This document shows positions 45,146 through 54,126 of a DNA stretch of 64,000 nucleotides, piece by piece. The translations under genes and the position numbers were made by a program. The stretch covers positions 15,547 through 79,546 of the forward strand of contig JBDIAW010000001.1 in the NCBI GenBank assembly GCA_039812585.1. Direction: 5' to 3'. Position 1 is the stretch's first letter. Every line of letters starts with the position of its first letter. A model generated the notes under the pieces. That model was given only the letters and a program-made list of their open reading frames with translations. It was not told the origin of the DNA and ran no database searches. This DNA comes from Actinomycetota bacterium (GTDB lineage: Bacteria; Actinomycetota; Actinomycetes; JBDIAW01).

Positions 45146-46443
45146 TAGTTTTCCTCTCGGGTTGTCGGAGAAAGTGCATGGCTAAATTCGTTGGCAGCTT
45201 GCATGTAACACCATGTGCCTGTTGATGTGGGGTCGTAGGTCAAGACTGTTTGCCCGTGACTGGGTGCTTCGGAGATACGTACCGAACGAGGAATAACTGT
45301 TTTAAGCACTGAATCATTGAAGTGTCCTCGCACCTCATCGGTCACCTGGGCGGCTAGACGGGTGCGGCTATCAAACATTGTCAACAAAATGGCGGAAATC
45401 TCCAATTGTGGATTGAGATGCTTCTGGATCATGTCGATATTTTGCAGCAATTGCCCCAAACCTTCTAGCGCGTAATATTCGCACTGAATAGGTATGAATA
45501 CTTCAGTAGCTGCCACGAGTGCATTGATGGTGAGCAGGCCCAGGCTGGGTGGGCAGTCAATAAACACATAGTCAGGTAAGGTTTCCCCCAACTTTCGCTG
45601 CTCGGCGAGATAGTCATCCAAAGCCTTGCGAAGTCGTAGCTCCCGAGCTACCACGGGAACCAATTCGATCTCAGCCCCTGCCAAGTCAATAGTCGCGGGT
45701 ACCACACGCATCGAGGGGAAGAATGGAACTGGATGCACCACCTCACTCAGGGGCTTCCCACCAATGAGTACCTCATAAATGCCCTCTGTACCCGGCGCAT
45801 GGTCAACCCCCAATGCGGTGGAGGCATTTCCTTGCGGGTCAAGATCGATAACGAGCACCTGGGCTCCCTGAGCGGCTAAGCCCGCTGCAACATTGACCGT
45901 ACTGGTGGTTTTCCCTACTCCACCTTTTTGATTGGCAACAGAAACCCTTCGCACGTGAGAGTGGCGAGCCAGAGGTGGCATGTGGGGTAAAAGTTCGATC
46001 GGGCTCGTGGATTCTTCCGGAGCAGCCACTCCTGGATACTCCACGGGATCAGATTCTTGGGGTTGAGGTGAAAGTTCTACAGCGATGGGTTGCTCAAGGA
46101 TCGATGATGGCTCGGTGATTGCCTCCGCCTCGTCTCTGAGTAATTCGCCCTCCCTCATCAGGGATGCTGGCTCGGGCAAATCGGCTGGAGTCGCTGAGTA
46201 GGAGTCATCACGTAAATCGAGCACCAAGTTGGTTTGGCTCGCAGTAGGCCAACCCAGCCCGGATACCTGCTGAATCAATGGCCAAGACGATCCTGCGTGA
46301 TCATGTGTGGCCCAACCGACCGAGCAAAAGCTAGGTGTCATGTACTGGCCAGACGAGATGACGGATAAAGAAGATTTTGTTTCTGTGCTGACGTGGTTCA
46401 TCGCTACCTTCCTGATAGTCCTACAGTCCGCACCTTGTGTCAC
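45145..46443 (-). CDS. parA: Chromosome partitioning ATPase ParA (Soj) with a long N-terminal extension
   Basis: The deviant Walker A 'KGGVGKTTSTVN' is at about residue 175 of 432. The core after that is a typical ParA. The start codon is uncertain. Confidence 0.85.
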   Translation of the reverse strand: MTQGADCRTIRKVAMNHVSTETKSSLSVISSGQYMTPSFCSVGWATHDHAGSSWPLIQQVSGLGWPTASQTNLVLDLRDDSYSATPADLPEPASLMREGELLRDEAEAITEPSSILEQPIAVELSPQPQESDPVEYPGVAAPEESTSPIELLPHMPPLARHSHVRRVSVANQKGGVGKTTSTVNVAAGLAAQGAQVLVIDLDPQGNASTALGVDHAPGTEGIYEVLIGGKPLSEVVHPVPFFPSMRVVPATIDLAGAEIELVPVVARELRLRKALDDYLAEQRKLGETLPDYVFIDCPPSLGLLTINALVAATEVFIPIQCEYYALEGLGQLLQNIDMIQKHLNPQLEISAILLTMFDSRTRLAAQVTDEVRGHFNDSVLKTVIPRSVRISEAPSHGQTVLTYDPTSTGTWCYMQAANEFSHALSPTTREEN

Positions 46444-46452
46444 GGTCGTCTC

Positions 46453-47073
46453 TTAATGGGCATGACGCTGATAAACAACCACATTAACCGGTTGATCGTA
46501 AATATCCTTCGCCACTTGTAATCTACATGCACCGCTGGCAGATAGAGCTTTATCCACCAGTACCGCTTCAATTTCTTGCTCGGCACTTGATCCTTTAAGA
46601 GCTAGGAGGTGGCCGTTGGGCTTGAGGAGGTGGGCTGTGTGACGAATCAGAACCGGCATTGGAGCTACGGCCCTGGCGGTTACATAGTCAAAACGTTGAT
46701 GGTGCACATTTTCGCTCCGGGCGTTGACCACCTGTGCACGTGAAAGAGCGAGCTCATCAATCACCTCGCGAAGGAATAAACAACGCTTCGCAATGGAATC
46801 TATACACGTCACTGACACATCGGGACGAATAATGGCGATCACCAAGCCAGGAAGTCCCGCGCCTGAGCCTACGTCAGCAATGATTGAATGAGTCGGTAGT
46901 AGGGGGGCCAAAGCAGCGCAGTTGGCAATGTGACGCGGCCACAATCTGTCCAGTTCGCTAGGCCCGATAAAGCCTCGCCGCTGGGCTACGTCGGCGAGCA
47001 ATTGGGCATAGCGCCTCAGTAGTTCTGCCCTAGGCCCCGGGCAGATGAGGTCAGAGGGGTCGCTATCTTTCAT
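46453..47073 (-). CDS. rsmG: 16S rRNA (guanine527-N7)-methyltransferase RsmG (GidB)
   Basis: The SAM motif 'DVGSGAGLPGLVIAI' is present, and synteny is conserved. Confidence 0.9.
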   Translation of the reverse strand: MKDSDPSDLICPGPRAELLRRYAQLLADVAQRRGFIGPSELDRLWPRHIANCAALAPLLPTHSIIADVGSGAGLPGLVIAIIRPDVSVTCIDSIAKRCLFLREVIDELALSRAQVVNARSENVHHQRFDYVTARAVAPMPVLIRHTAHLLKPNGHLLALKGSSAEQEIEAVLVDKALSASGACRLQVAKDIYDQPVNVVVYQRHAH

Positions 47074-47107
47074 CGATGGTTCGGAGCTACCGAAGTAGGG
47101 ATAACGC

Positions 47108-47121
47108 GTTTCACGTGAAAC
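47108..47121. promoter_or_regulatory. parS site 4 (GTTTCACGTGAAAC), intergenic between jag and rsmG
   Basis: An exact consensus within the 18-bp palindrome gcGTTTCACGTGAAACgc. Confidence 0.85.
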
Positions 47122-47124
47122 GCT

Positions 47125-47718
47125 CTAGGAGTTCGCTGGCAAGATAACAACGTAGCGATCTGGCTCCGTACCTTCAGATTCACTCACCAACCCCGAAGCA
47201 GCCACTACATCATGGACGACTTTGCGCTCAAAGGGAGTCATGGGATCAAGGCGATACTTAGTGGCACTGGATTGGACCGAGGCAATCGCTTCGTGCGTCA
47301 CCCGGGTGATTTCCTCGCGCCGGTCTTTGCGATAGTCGGCGATATCAAGCATTAACCCTGATCGATGGCCTGTTTTAACATGGACAGCTAAGCGAGTGAG
47401 TTCTTGGAGAGCCTCTAATCCTTTGCCGTCCTCGCCTACCAAATCATCTAATCCCTCCCCCACAATGGCTACTGATGAGCGCTCCCCTTCGACATCCATA
47501 TCAATATCACCATCAAGGTCAGCAATATCTAGTAGGCCTTCGAGGTAGTCAGCGGCAATTTCTCCCTCACGCTCCAACAAGGCTAGGTTTGGACCGTTCT
47601 GATCATCACCTGTGACTGTTTGTAATGTTGCCTCGTTGTCTTTTGTCTCCCCCATGGAAGGGTCGCTTTCTACTCGGCTAGATGAGGCAAGATCGGCGGG
47701 TGGAAGTGATTGGTCCAT
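47125..47718 (-). CDS. jag: Jag/SpoIIIJ-associated RNA-binding protein (KH + R3H domains)
   Basis: An acidic N-terminus precedes the C-terminal R3H 'LDPMTPFERKVVHDVVAASG'. Confidence 0.85.
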   Translation of the reverse strand: MDQSLPPADLASSSRVESDPSMGETKDNEATLQTVTGDDQNGPNLALLEREGEIAADYLEGLLDIADLDGDIDMDVEGERSSVAIVGEGLDDLVGEDGKGLEALQELTRLAVHVKTGHRSGLMLDIADYRKDRREEITRVTHEAIASVQSSATKYRLDPMTPFERKVVHDVVAASGLVSESEGTEPDRYVVILPANS

Positions 47719-47774
47719 GAAAAGCCCTTTCCTTGGTTGCGAAGTCGGGGTGAGGCTAGATGTATGAGTTGAGG

Positions 47775-48767
47775 TTAACGACGTTTGCTGCGTGTCTTCT
47801 TTTTTGGTTGCTGCCGTGAGGGAGAGTCCTTCTCCTGCGGTGTGGAAGTTTCCTCAGGGCTTACTTCGGAAGACTCCTTCTCATCGCGTTGAGCTCGCTG
47901 CTGAGACGTTACCCGCGAAAGGCTAAAACGACGGATACCGGAGGACGAAGACTGGGCGCTCTTAGTCGCTTGCCGTTCAAGATAAAGTTTTTCTGCCTTA
48001 GAACCAGGTGCGGGTAGACGGTGAATCACCACCATTTGCTGTCCCAATGACCACAGGTTGGTGGTCAACCAGTAAACGAGAACACCAATAGGAAAAACAA
48101 AGCCGGAAAGACCGAAAATAATCGGCATCACATACATCATTATTTTTTGCTGTTGAGCAAACGATCCCGTTAAAGCAGCTTCAGGCATATTCTTCATGAT
48201 GAGTTGCCGCTGCTGGAAGAACGTAGAAGCCGTCATAGTAACGATCAGAGTGGCGGCTACAATCTTGGCTGATAAAGAGTGAGTTTGAGTAAAAGTATCA
48301 AAAAGTTTAGCCCCAAAAAGGTGCGCATCTAAAGCCTGAGTTACTTTTTCGTGAGTCATGAAACCACGTGGATGGTTTTGTGATATACCCTTCAACACCA
48401 TAAATAAAGCAAAGAAGAACGGAGACTGAGCTAAAAGTGGTAGGCAGCTCGTGAAGGGGTTTGCTTTCCTTTCCTTATAGAGTTCCATTAATTTTTGACT
48501 TTGTAGCTGCCGATCATGTTTATATTTTTGTTGGATTTTTTTCACCTCAGGCTGAATAAGCTGCATAGCTCGTTGAGCCTTAATTTGTTTAACATAAAGG
48601 GGTATCAAAAAGGTCCGGACAACGAGCACTAGGCCAATAATGCTCAGGACCCACGTGACCCCCCCATTGTTAGGTAAACCAATTGAAGTAAAAATCCAAT
48701 GGAAGGATAACATGATAAAGGAAACCAATTTATACAATGGCTCCATGAGAAAATGAAGATTATCCAT
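47775..48767 (-). CDS. yidC: Membrane protein insertase YidC
   Basis: TM helices, the conserved 'PFTSCLPLLAQSPFFFALF' region and a basic C-terminal tail are present. GC is lower than the genome average. Confidence 0.9.
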   Translation of the reverse strand: MDNLHFLMEPLYKLVSFIMLSFHWIFTSIGLPNNGGVTWVLSIIGLVLVVRTFLIPLYVKQIKAQRAMQLIQPEVKKIQQKYKHDRQLQSQKLMELYKERKANPFTSCLPLLAQSPFFFALFMVLKGISQNHPRGFMTHEKVTQALDAHLFGAKLFDTFTQTHSLSAKIVAATLIVTMTASTFFQQRQLIMKNMPEAALTGSFAQQQKIMMYVMPIIFGLSGFVFPIGVLVYWLTTNLWSLGQQMVVIHRLPAPGSKAEKLYLERQATKSAQSSSSGIRRFSLSRVTSQQRAQRDEKESSEVSPEETSTPQEKDSPSRQQPKKKTRSKRR

Positions 48768-48773
48768 GTTTTC

Positions 48774-49103
48774 CTAACTAACAGTGTTGGCTGTGGTTGT
48801 CTTGCCTGGACGAGATTTTACAGGATCGAATCCACCATCGGAAAAAGGGTTACACCGTACTAATCTCCACGCAGTACGGACTCCCCCACTCCACAACCCG
48901 TATTCCACGAAAGACTGGCGCGCATAGGAAGAGCAGGAGGGGTAGTACTTACAACGAGGCCCCAAAAGGGGTGAAATCAGACGTTGATAAACAACAATCA
49001 CACCGACCACCCAGTAATGAGGCCTCATGAGCTTCCAGCCATTCCTAGGAGGGGAAATCTCCTGGGAATGGCTAGGCACGTCACTCTCTTTACGGTGTTC
49101 CAT
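48774..49103 (-). CDS. yidD: Membrane protein insertion efficiency factor YidD
   Basis: 'YQRLISPLLGPRCKYYPSCSSYARQ' is the YidD signature. The true start is probably an internal Met, so the product is shorter than the tracked ORF. Confidence 0.8.
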   Translation of the reverse strand: MEHRKESDVPSHSQEISPPRNGWKLMRPHYWVVGVIVVYQRLISPLLGPRCKYYPSCSSYARQSFVEYGLWSGGVRTAWRLVRCNPFSDGGFDPVKSRPGKTTTANTVS

Positions 49104-49494
49104 GACGTGTCCGAAGAGAACTGGTGGTCACCAGCTTGCGCATGGTGGCTTCGAGAGCGGTGCTGAGTTGAAGGTAACTGGCCTGTGCCGCCGCTGGGTT
49201 GGCGCGTATCACGAGTAGGTGAACAGGTGGCAACAGGGGCCTAGACTGCCTCACCCACGACCGGAGACGCCTCTTCACCCGATTGCGTACTACTGCGTTG
49301 CCTACCGACTTACTGACGATAAACCCCACGTGGACGGATTCGAAGGACTCATCCGACTGGCTGGGTGTTGAGCAGGAAGCGCCAGAAGGGTGAGCAAACA
49401 CACTGATATAGCGATGGTGGGCCGACCAGCGTTTTTCACGAAACACCAGGCTGAAGTCTGAGGACTTAGTCAGGCGGTGCACACGAGGCAACAT
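49090..49494 (-). CDS. rnpA: Ribonuclease P protein component
   Basis: 'MLPRVHRLTKSSDFSLVFR' has the RnpA-like basic RNR motif region 'VVRNRVKRRLR'. Confidence 0.85.
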   Translation of the reverse strand: MLPRVHRLTKSSDFSLVFREKRWSAHHRYISVFAHPSGASCSTPSQSDESFESVHVGFIVSKSVGNAVVRNRVKRRLRSWVRQSRPLLPPVHLLVIRANPAAAQASYLQLSTALEATMRKLVTTSSLRTRHGTP

Positions 49495-49544
49495 AGTCCC
49501 ACTATTCCTACCGGAAAGATCTCCATAAAAGCTGGCAGGAGTTG

Positions 49545-49682
49545 TTAGGCAGAAAGCTTTTTACGCCCTTTACTGCGTCGCAGAGCCAAAATCGCCCTGC
49601 CTGCTCGGGTGGCCATCCGTTGGCGGAAGCCGTGAGTCTTCGCGCGACGACGGTTGTTGGGTTGAAAGGTCCGCTTGGACAC
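49545..49682 (-). CDS. rpmH: 50S ribosomal protein L34
   Basis: '(V/M)[44 protein letters not shown]' uses a GTG start preceded by AAGGAG. The tracked ORF extends to 49739. Confidence 0.9.
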   Translation of the reverse strand: MSKRTFQPNNRRRAKTHGFRQRMATRAGRAILALRRSKGRKKLSA

Positions 49683-49874
49683 GGTGGTCTCCTTAGGACA
49701 AGCAGGGGTGGTGTCGACCCGGTTGTCTCGACTCATCACACGATGCGAGGCAACTGGACCATTAAGCAGGCAAAAATGACACAGCTCACCATGAGCTTAT
49801 CGGACGCTGTCTACTAAGAAGGGGCATCGCCGGCCGGTCCACTCCCCCGTGCCCACTGCCACTTTCCCCACCCT

Positions 49875-50086
49875 GTGGACAACCACTTGCCTGATTGCTG
49901 CGGATTAGCTACGTTCACACCTGTCTGCAACGTGGTGACCGATACCTTCCTGTCGGGTAGTTTTGGTTGATCTGTAGGAAAAACCAGCGGTACGACACCT
50001 AGGCACGCAGGGTGACGAGAAATTCTTCCCAGCCCTGAAGTCCTCAGGGTCATTGTCCCCAACTTGTGGATAACCTTGTGGACAAC
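49875..50086. promoter_or_regulatory. DnaA-box cluster in the dnaA promoter region (rpmH-dnaA intergenic)
   Basis: tgtggacaa (49875-49883), tgtggataa (50066-50074) and tgtggacaa (50078-50086) are reverse complements of TTGTCCACA/TTATCCACA. A weaker box ttgtcccca lies near 50053. Confidence 0.6.
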
Positions 50087-50126
50087 CGGCGTGTGAGTGA
50101 GCCTCCGATCTGAAGGGAAGGGCCCA

Positions 50127-51584
50127 ATGACTCAAGGTTCTGAAGCCACTCAAGTGTCGTTTTCTCAAGCGTGGGATGCAACCATCGAAGCGTTGGCAGG
50201 TGATAACTTCCCTGCGCAATACCGAGCTTTTTTACGACTAGCCCAACCCATGGGGCTCATTGACGACACTGCACTGATCCGTGTGCCAGACAATTTCACT
50301 AAAAACAAACTGGAAACAGATCTAAGGGAGTACCTTACTTCTGCATTGGCCAAGACACTGGGCCATCCCGTGCGCTTGGCTGTCACAGTCGATGACTCCC
50401 CTACGCGATTCTCGCCTGTTTTAGAGGTTTGTCAGTCAGATGGACTAACAGACAAGCCCCTACCGACTCCCCTACCTAGTGACGATGATGATCCACCTAC
50501 TTTGCCTTTCACCACTCTCGATAGCGTTCCCACCCCTGACCCTGGTGACTCATCCCAACTGAACCCGCGCTACATCTTCGACACCTTTGTGATCGGCGCC
50601 AGTAATCGTTTCGCTCACGCTGCTGCTATTGCTGTTTCGGAGGCGCCTGCTAAAGCCTATAATCCATTGTTTATTTATGGTGATTCTGGTTTAGGTAAAA
50701 CCCACCTTTTACACGCTATCGGATACTACGCACAAAGCCTCTATCCAGGGATACAGGTGAGATACGTTAGTTCTGAAGAGTTCACTAATGACTTTATTAA
50801 CTCTATTCGTGATGACCGAGCTTCGGTTTTCCAACGACGCTATCGTGATTTAGACATTCTTTTAGTGGATGATATTCAGTTCTTAGAGAATAAAGAACGA
50901 ACCCAGGAAGAATTCTTCCATACCTTTAATACTTTGTACAATGCCAACAAACAAATAGTGATCTCTAGTGATCGGGCTCCCAAACAGCTCGTCACGTTGG
51001 AGGATCGGCTCCGTAGTCGATTTGAGTGGGGACTGATCACTGATGTCCAACCACCAGATTTGGAGACACGTATAGCTATCCTGCGCAAAAAGGCCGTTCA
51101 GGAACAGTTAAACGTCCCTGCTGAAGTCCTAGAATATATTGCCTCTAAAATCAGTACAAATATAAGAGAGTTAGAGGGTGCTCTTATTAGAGTGACGGCT
51201 TTCGCTAACCTCAATCAGCAAGGGGTGGATTTATCGCTAGCGGAGATCGTCCTCAAGGATCTCATTCCCGACGAGGATGGCCCCGAGATCACCGTAGCGA
51301 CTATCATTGCTCAGACTGCTGCTTATTACGCTCTATCCATGGATGATTTATGTGGAGCCTCACGCTCCAGAACCTTGGTTCAAGCCCGACAAATTGCTAT
51401 GTATCTGTGTCGAGAATTGACCTCACTTTCACTACCAAAAATAGGGCAGCAATTTGGAGGTCGTGACCACACCACTGTCATGCACGCAGACCGTAAAGTA
51501 CGTCAAGAAATGAGTGAAAAACGCTCGGTTTACAATCAAGTCACTGAGCTAACCAATCGCATTAAATCCCAGGCGCGCCAATAA
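50127..51584 (+). CDS. dnaA: Chromosomal replication initiator protein DnaA
   Basis: The AAA+ Walker A '[15 protein letters not shown]', sensor motifs and the C-terminal DNA-binding '[11 protein letters not shown]' are present. An alternative GTG start lies at 50097. Confidence 0.95.
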   Translation: MTQGSEATQVSFSQAWDATIEALAGDNFPAQYRAFLRLAQPMGLIDDTALIRVPDNFTKNKLETDLREYLTSALAKTLGHPVRLAVTVDDSPTRFSPVLEVCQSDGLTDKPLPTPLPSDDDDPPTLPFTTLDSVPTPDPGDSSQLNPRYIFDTFVIGASNRFAHAAAIAVSEAPAKAYNPLFIYGDSGLGKTHLLHAIGYYAQSLYPGIQVRYVSSEEFTNDFINSIRDDRASVFQRRYRDLDILLVDDIQFLENKERTQEEFFHTFNTLYNANKQIVISSDRAPKQLVTLEDRLRSRFEWGLITDVQPPDLETRIAILRKKAVQEQLNVPAEVLEYIASKISTNIRELEGALIRVTAFANLNQQGVDLSLAEIVLKDLIPDEDGPEITVATIIAQTAAYYALSMDDLCGASRSRTLVQARQIAMYLCRELTSLSLPKIGQQFGGRDHTTVMHADRKVRQEMSEKRSVYNQVTELTNRIKSQARQ

Positions 51585-51909
51585 TGACTAGGCATCTTCC
51601 TCCCCACCAACTCCCCTACAGGCCAGCTTGTGCACAGTCTGTGGATAAGGTTGTGGATGACTGGGGAAAACTGGGGGTCATCTGTGAGCAAAACACAACA
51701 CCAGCAGTGAAAGGCAGAAGAAATCCCCAGGTCGACACGGTTTTTCCACACCGTCCACGCAGCAGCGTCCACACCCGAATCGGGTCTTTACCAGGGAAAA
51801 TGCAGGTTTTCCCCAGAATCCACACCCCCTACTGCGACGAAGACATTTTTATCATGATGGGATTTAAGGTCATAGAAGCCACAGCGGCCCAAACGGTGAG
51901 GAGCCGACC
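51585..51909. promoter_or_regulatory. Putative oriC core (dnaA-dnaN intergenic) with DnaA boxes and an AT-rich unwinding element
   Basis: Boxes tgtggataa (51640-51648), tgtggatga (51653-51661), ttttccaca (51742-51750) and cgtccaca (~51767-51775) are present. An AT-rich stretch 'gaagacatttttatcatgatgggatttaaggtcatag' lies at ~51838-51877. Confidence 0.6.
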
Positions 51910-53133
51910 ATGAAAGTCAGAGTGAATCAAGCCACGCTCAACGAGGCAGTTGCATGGGCGGTCCGCAGCGTCCCACTGCGTCCTTCACTGCCAGTACTGG
52001 CAGGCCTGCATTTACAGGCAGTAGACGAGCAATTGATCATCAGTGCAGTGGATTACGAGTCCTCCACGCGTGCGATGATCGACGCTGAGGTCATGGAACC
52101 AGGCACGGTGGTGGTCAGCGGGCGACTTTTGGCCGACATTGTTCGCAGCCTTCCCGGGGATAGCGCTGACATCACGTGCGAGGACACCAGGGTGACGATC
52201 ACCTCGCAACGCTCGCGATTTGTCATGCTCACCCTTCCGGTGCAGGACTACCTTGAAGCTCCCACCCTGCCTCCGGTGTGTGGGCAGGTCTCCGGAGCCG
52301 TGCTGGCCAAGACGATCAGTCAGGTCAGCGTGGCAGCTAGTCGTGATGACTCCCTGCTGGTGCTGACCGGGATTCGCCTGGAGCTCGAGGGGGAGGAGCT
52401 GACTGCGGTTGCCACAGACCGCTACCGGCTGGCGATGAAGCAAGTCGACTGGCAGCCGGCCAGCCCCCAGACCAGCACCCAAGTGCTGATCCCAGCCAAG
52501 ATGGCCACCGATGCGGCTAAAGCTTTCGCCGGAGTGAGCCAGGTCAGCGTGGCTTTATCCACCGACGGTCAGGAGGCGGTGCTCGGGCTCGAGGGGGAGG
52601 GACGGCGTATGACCACCCGGTTGTTGGGAGGGCAGTTCCCCGCCTCCTACCGCTCGCTGTTCCCCTCGCAAACCTCCAGCAGGTTGGTGGTCCGCACAGA
52701 GGTGCTGCTGGAGGCCACCCGTCGGGTGGCGTTGGTCGCGCAACGCACCAGCCCCTTGCGTCTGACGGTGACCGCCGACTCGGTGGTGCTGGAGGCTGGG
52801 CGCGGCGATGACGCCCAAGCAGTGGAGTCAATCAGCGCGTTGTTGGAGGGTGAGCCGATCCAGATGGCGTTCAACCACACCTACCTGGTGGATGGTTTGG
52901 TGGCACTGGGGACTCCATTTGCCCAAATCACCTTCGCAGATCCGAGTAAGCCCGCTGTGTTGATGGGGTGCCAGGCGGCGGATGGTCAACCGGGGGAGCC
53001 TGCCAACCCCCAACCGGAAAGCGAGTCTTTCGCAGCTCAGGCTCATGTGGTGGACCAACCAGTGCAGGCGCAGCAGGTGGGGCCGGCGCAAGAATCGTTT
53101 CGCTACCTGCTGATGCCAATCCGGTTGAGTTAG
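51910..53133 (+). CDS. dnaN: DNA polymerase III beta sliding clamp
   Basis: A three-domain beta clamp ending with the conserved '...YLLMPIRLS'. A ~40-aa low-complexity Q/P-rich insertion precedes the C-terminus. Confidence 0.95.
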   Translation: MKVRVNQATLNEAVAWAVRSVPLRPSLPVLAGLHLQAVDEQLIISAVDYESSTRAMIDAEVMEPGTVVVSGRLLADIVRSLPGDSADITCEDTRVTITSQRSRFVMLTLPVQDYLEAPTLPPVCGQVSGAVLAKTISQVSVAASRDDSLLVLTGIRLELEGEELTAVATDRYRLAMKQVDWQPASPQTSTQVLIPAKMATDAAKAFAGVSQVSVALSTDGQEAVLGLEGEGRRMTTRLLGGQFPASYRSLFPSQTSSRLVVRTEVLLEATRRVALVAQRTSPLRLTVTADSVVLEAGRGDDAQAVESISALLEGEPIQMAFNHTYLVDGLVALGTPFAQITFADPSKPAVLMGCQAADGQPGEPANPQPESESFAAQAHVVDQPVQAQQVGPAQESFRYLLMPIRLS

Positions 53134-53192
53134 GTCGAGCTGGGGCTGCCACACTGGGTGCATCAAGGCTGGGTTACTGAGGAAGGATCACC

Positions 53193-54122
53193 ATGCAGCT
53201 AGGACTGGTGGGGCTGGGCAAGATGGGCGCGAACATGCGGCAACGGCTGCGTGAGGGCGGTCATGAGGTGATTGGGTACTCACGGGAGTCGGGTGTGCGC
53301 GATGTGGAGAGCCTGCCCGCGTTGGTGCAAGCGTTGCACGCTCCGCGCGCGGTGTGGGTGATGGTTCCGGCAGGAGAGGCTACGCGAGCGGTCATTGATG
53401 AGCTGGCCGGGTTGCTCCAGCCTGGGGATGTGATCGTCGAGGGTGGTAATTCCCGTTGGAGTGACGACCAACGCCATGCCGCACAGCTGCAGGGCTTGGG
53501 GATCGACTACCTCGATGTGGGGGTGTCTGGGGGAGTGTGGGGCCTGGCCAACGGATATGCCCTGATGGTGGGAGGCCACGCAGAGACCGTGGCCCGACTC
53601 CAGCCGATCTTTGACACGCTTAAGCCCGCCCAGGGAGGTTTCGTGCATGCGGGCGAAGTGGGGGCGGGGCACTTCGCCAAAATGGTCCACAACGGCATCG
53701 AGTACGGCTTGATGCAGGCCTACGCTGAAGGTTTTGAACTGCTGCAGGCTAGCGATCTGGTGCGCGATGTGCCCGGGGTGATCTCCTCATGGACGCAGGG
53801 GACGGTCATTCGCTCGTGGCTGCTGGATTTGCTGGTGCGGGCTTTGGAGGATGACCCGCAGTTGAGCCAGCTCGCCGGCTATGCCACCGATTCGGGGGAG
53901 GGGCGCTGGACTGTGGAGGCCGGCATCGACCACGCCGTGCCTTTGCCGGTGATCAGTGCGGCGTTGTTTGCCCGTTTTGCCTCCCGGCAGCAGGATTCTC
54001 CGGCGATGAAGGTGGTGGCGGCGTTACGGCAGCAGTTCGGAGGCCATGCAGTTCAGCGCCACGACCTGCCGGCGCCGCTGCAGTCCACACCCCAAGCGGG
54101 AGCTCCACCTGTGGCAAGCTGA
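53193..54122 (+). CDS. gnd: 6-phosphogluconate dehydrogenase (decarboxylating)-like, short form
   Basis: The Rossmann N-terminus 'MQLGLVGLGKMGANM' is present, and dnaN-gnd-recF synteny is common in Actinobacteria. Confidence 0.8.
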   Translation: MQLGLVGLGKMGANMRQRLREGGHEVIGYSRESGVRDVESLPALVQALHAPRAVWVMVPAGEATRAVIDELAGLLQPGDVIVEGGNSRWSDDQRHAAQLQGLGIDYLDVGVSGGVWGLANGYALMVGGHAETVARLQPIFDTLKPAQGGFVHAGEVGAGHFAKMVHNGIEYGLMQAYAEGFELLQASDLVRDVPGVISSWTQGTVIRSWLLDLLVRALEDDPQLSQLAGYATDSGEGRWTVEAGIDHAVPLPVISAALFARFASRQQDSPAMKVVAALRQQFGGHAVQRHDLPAPLQSTPQAGAPPVAS

Positions 54123-54126
54123 ACAG

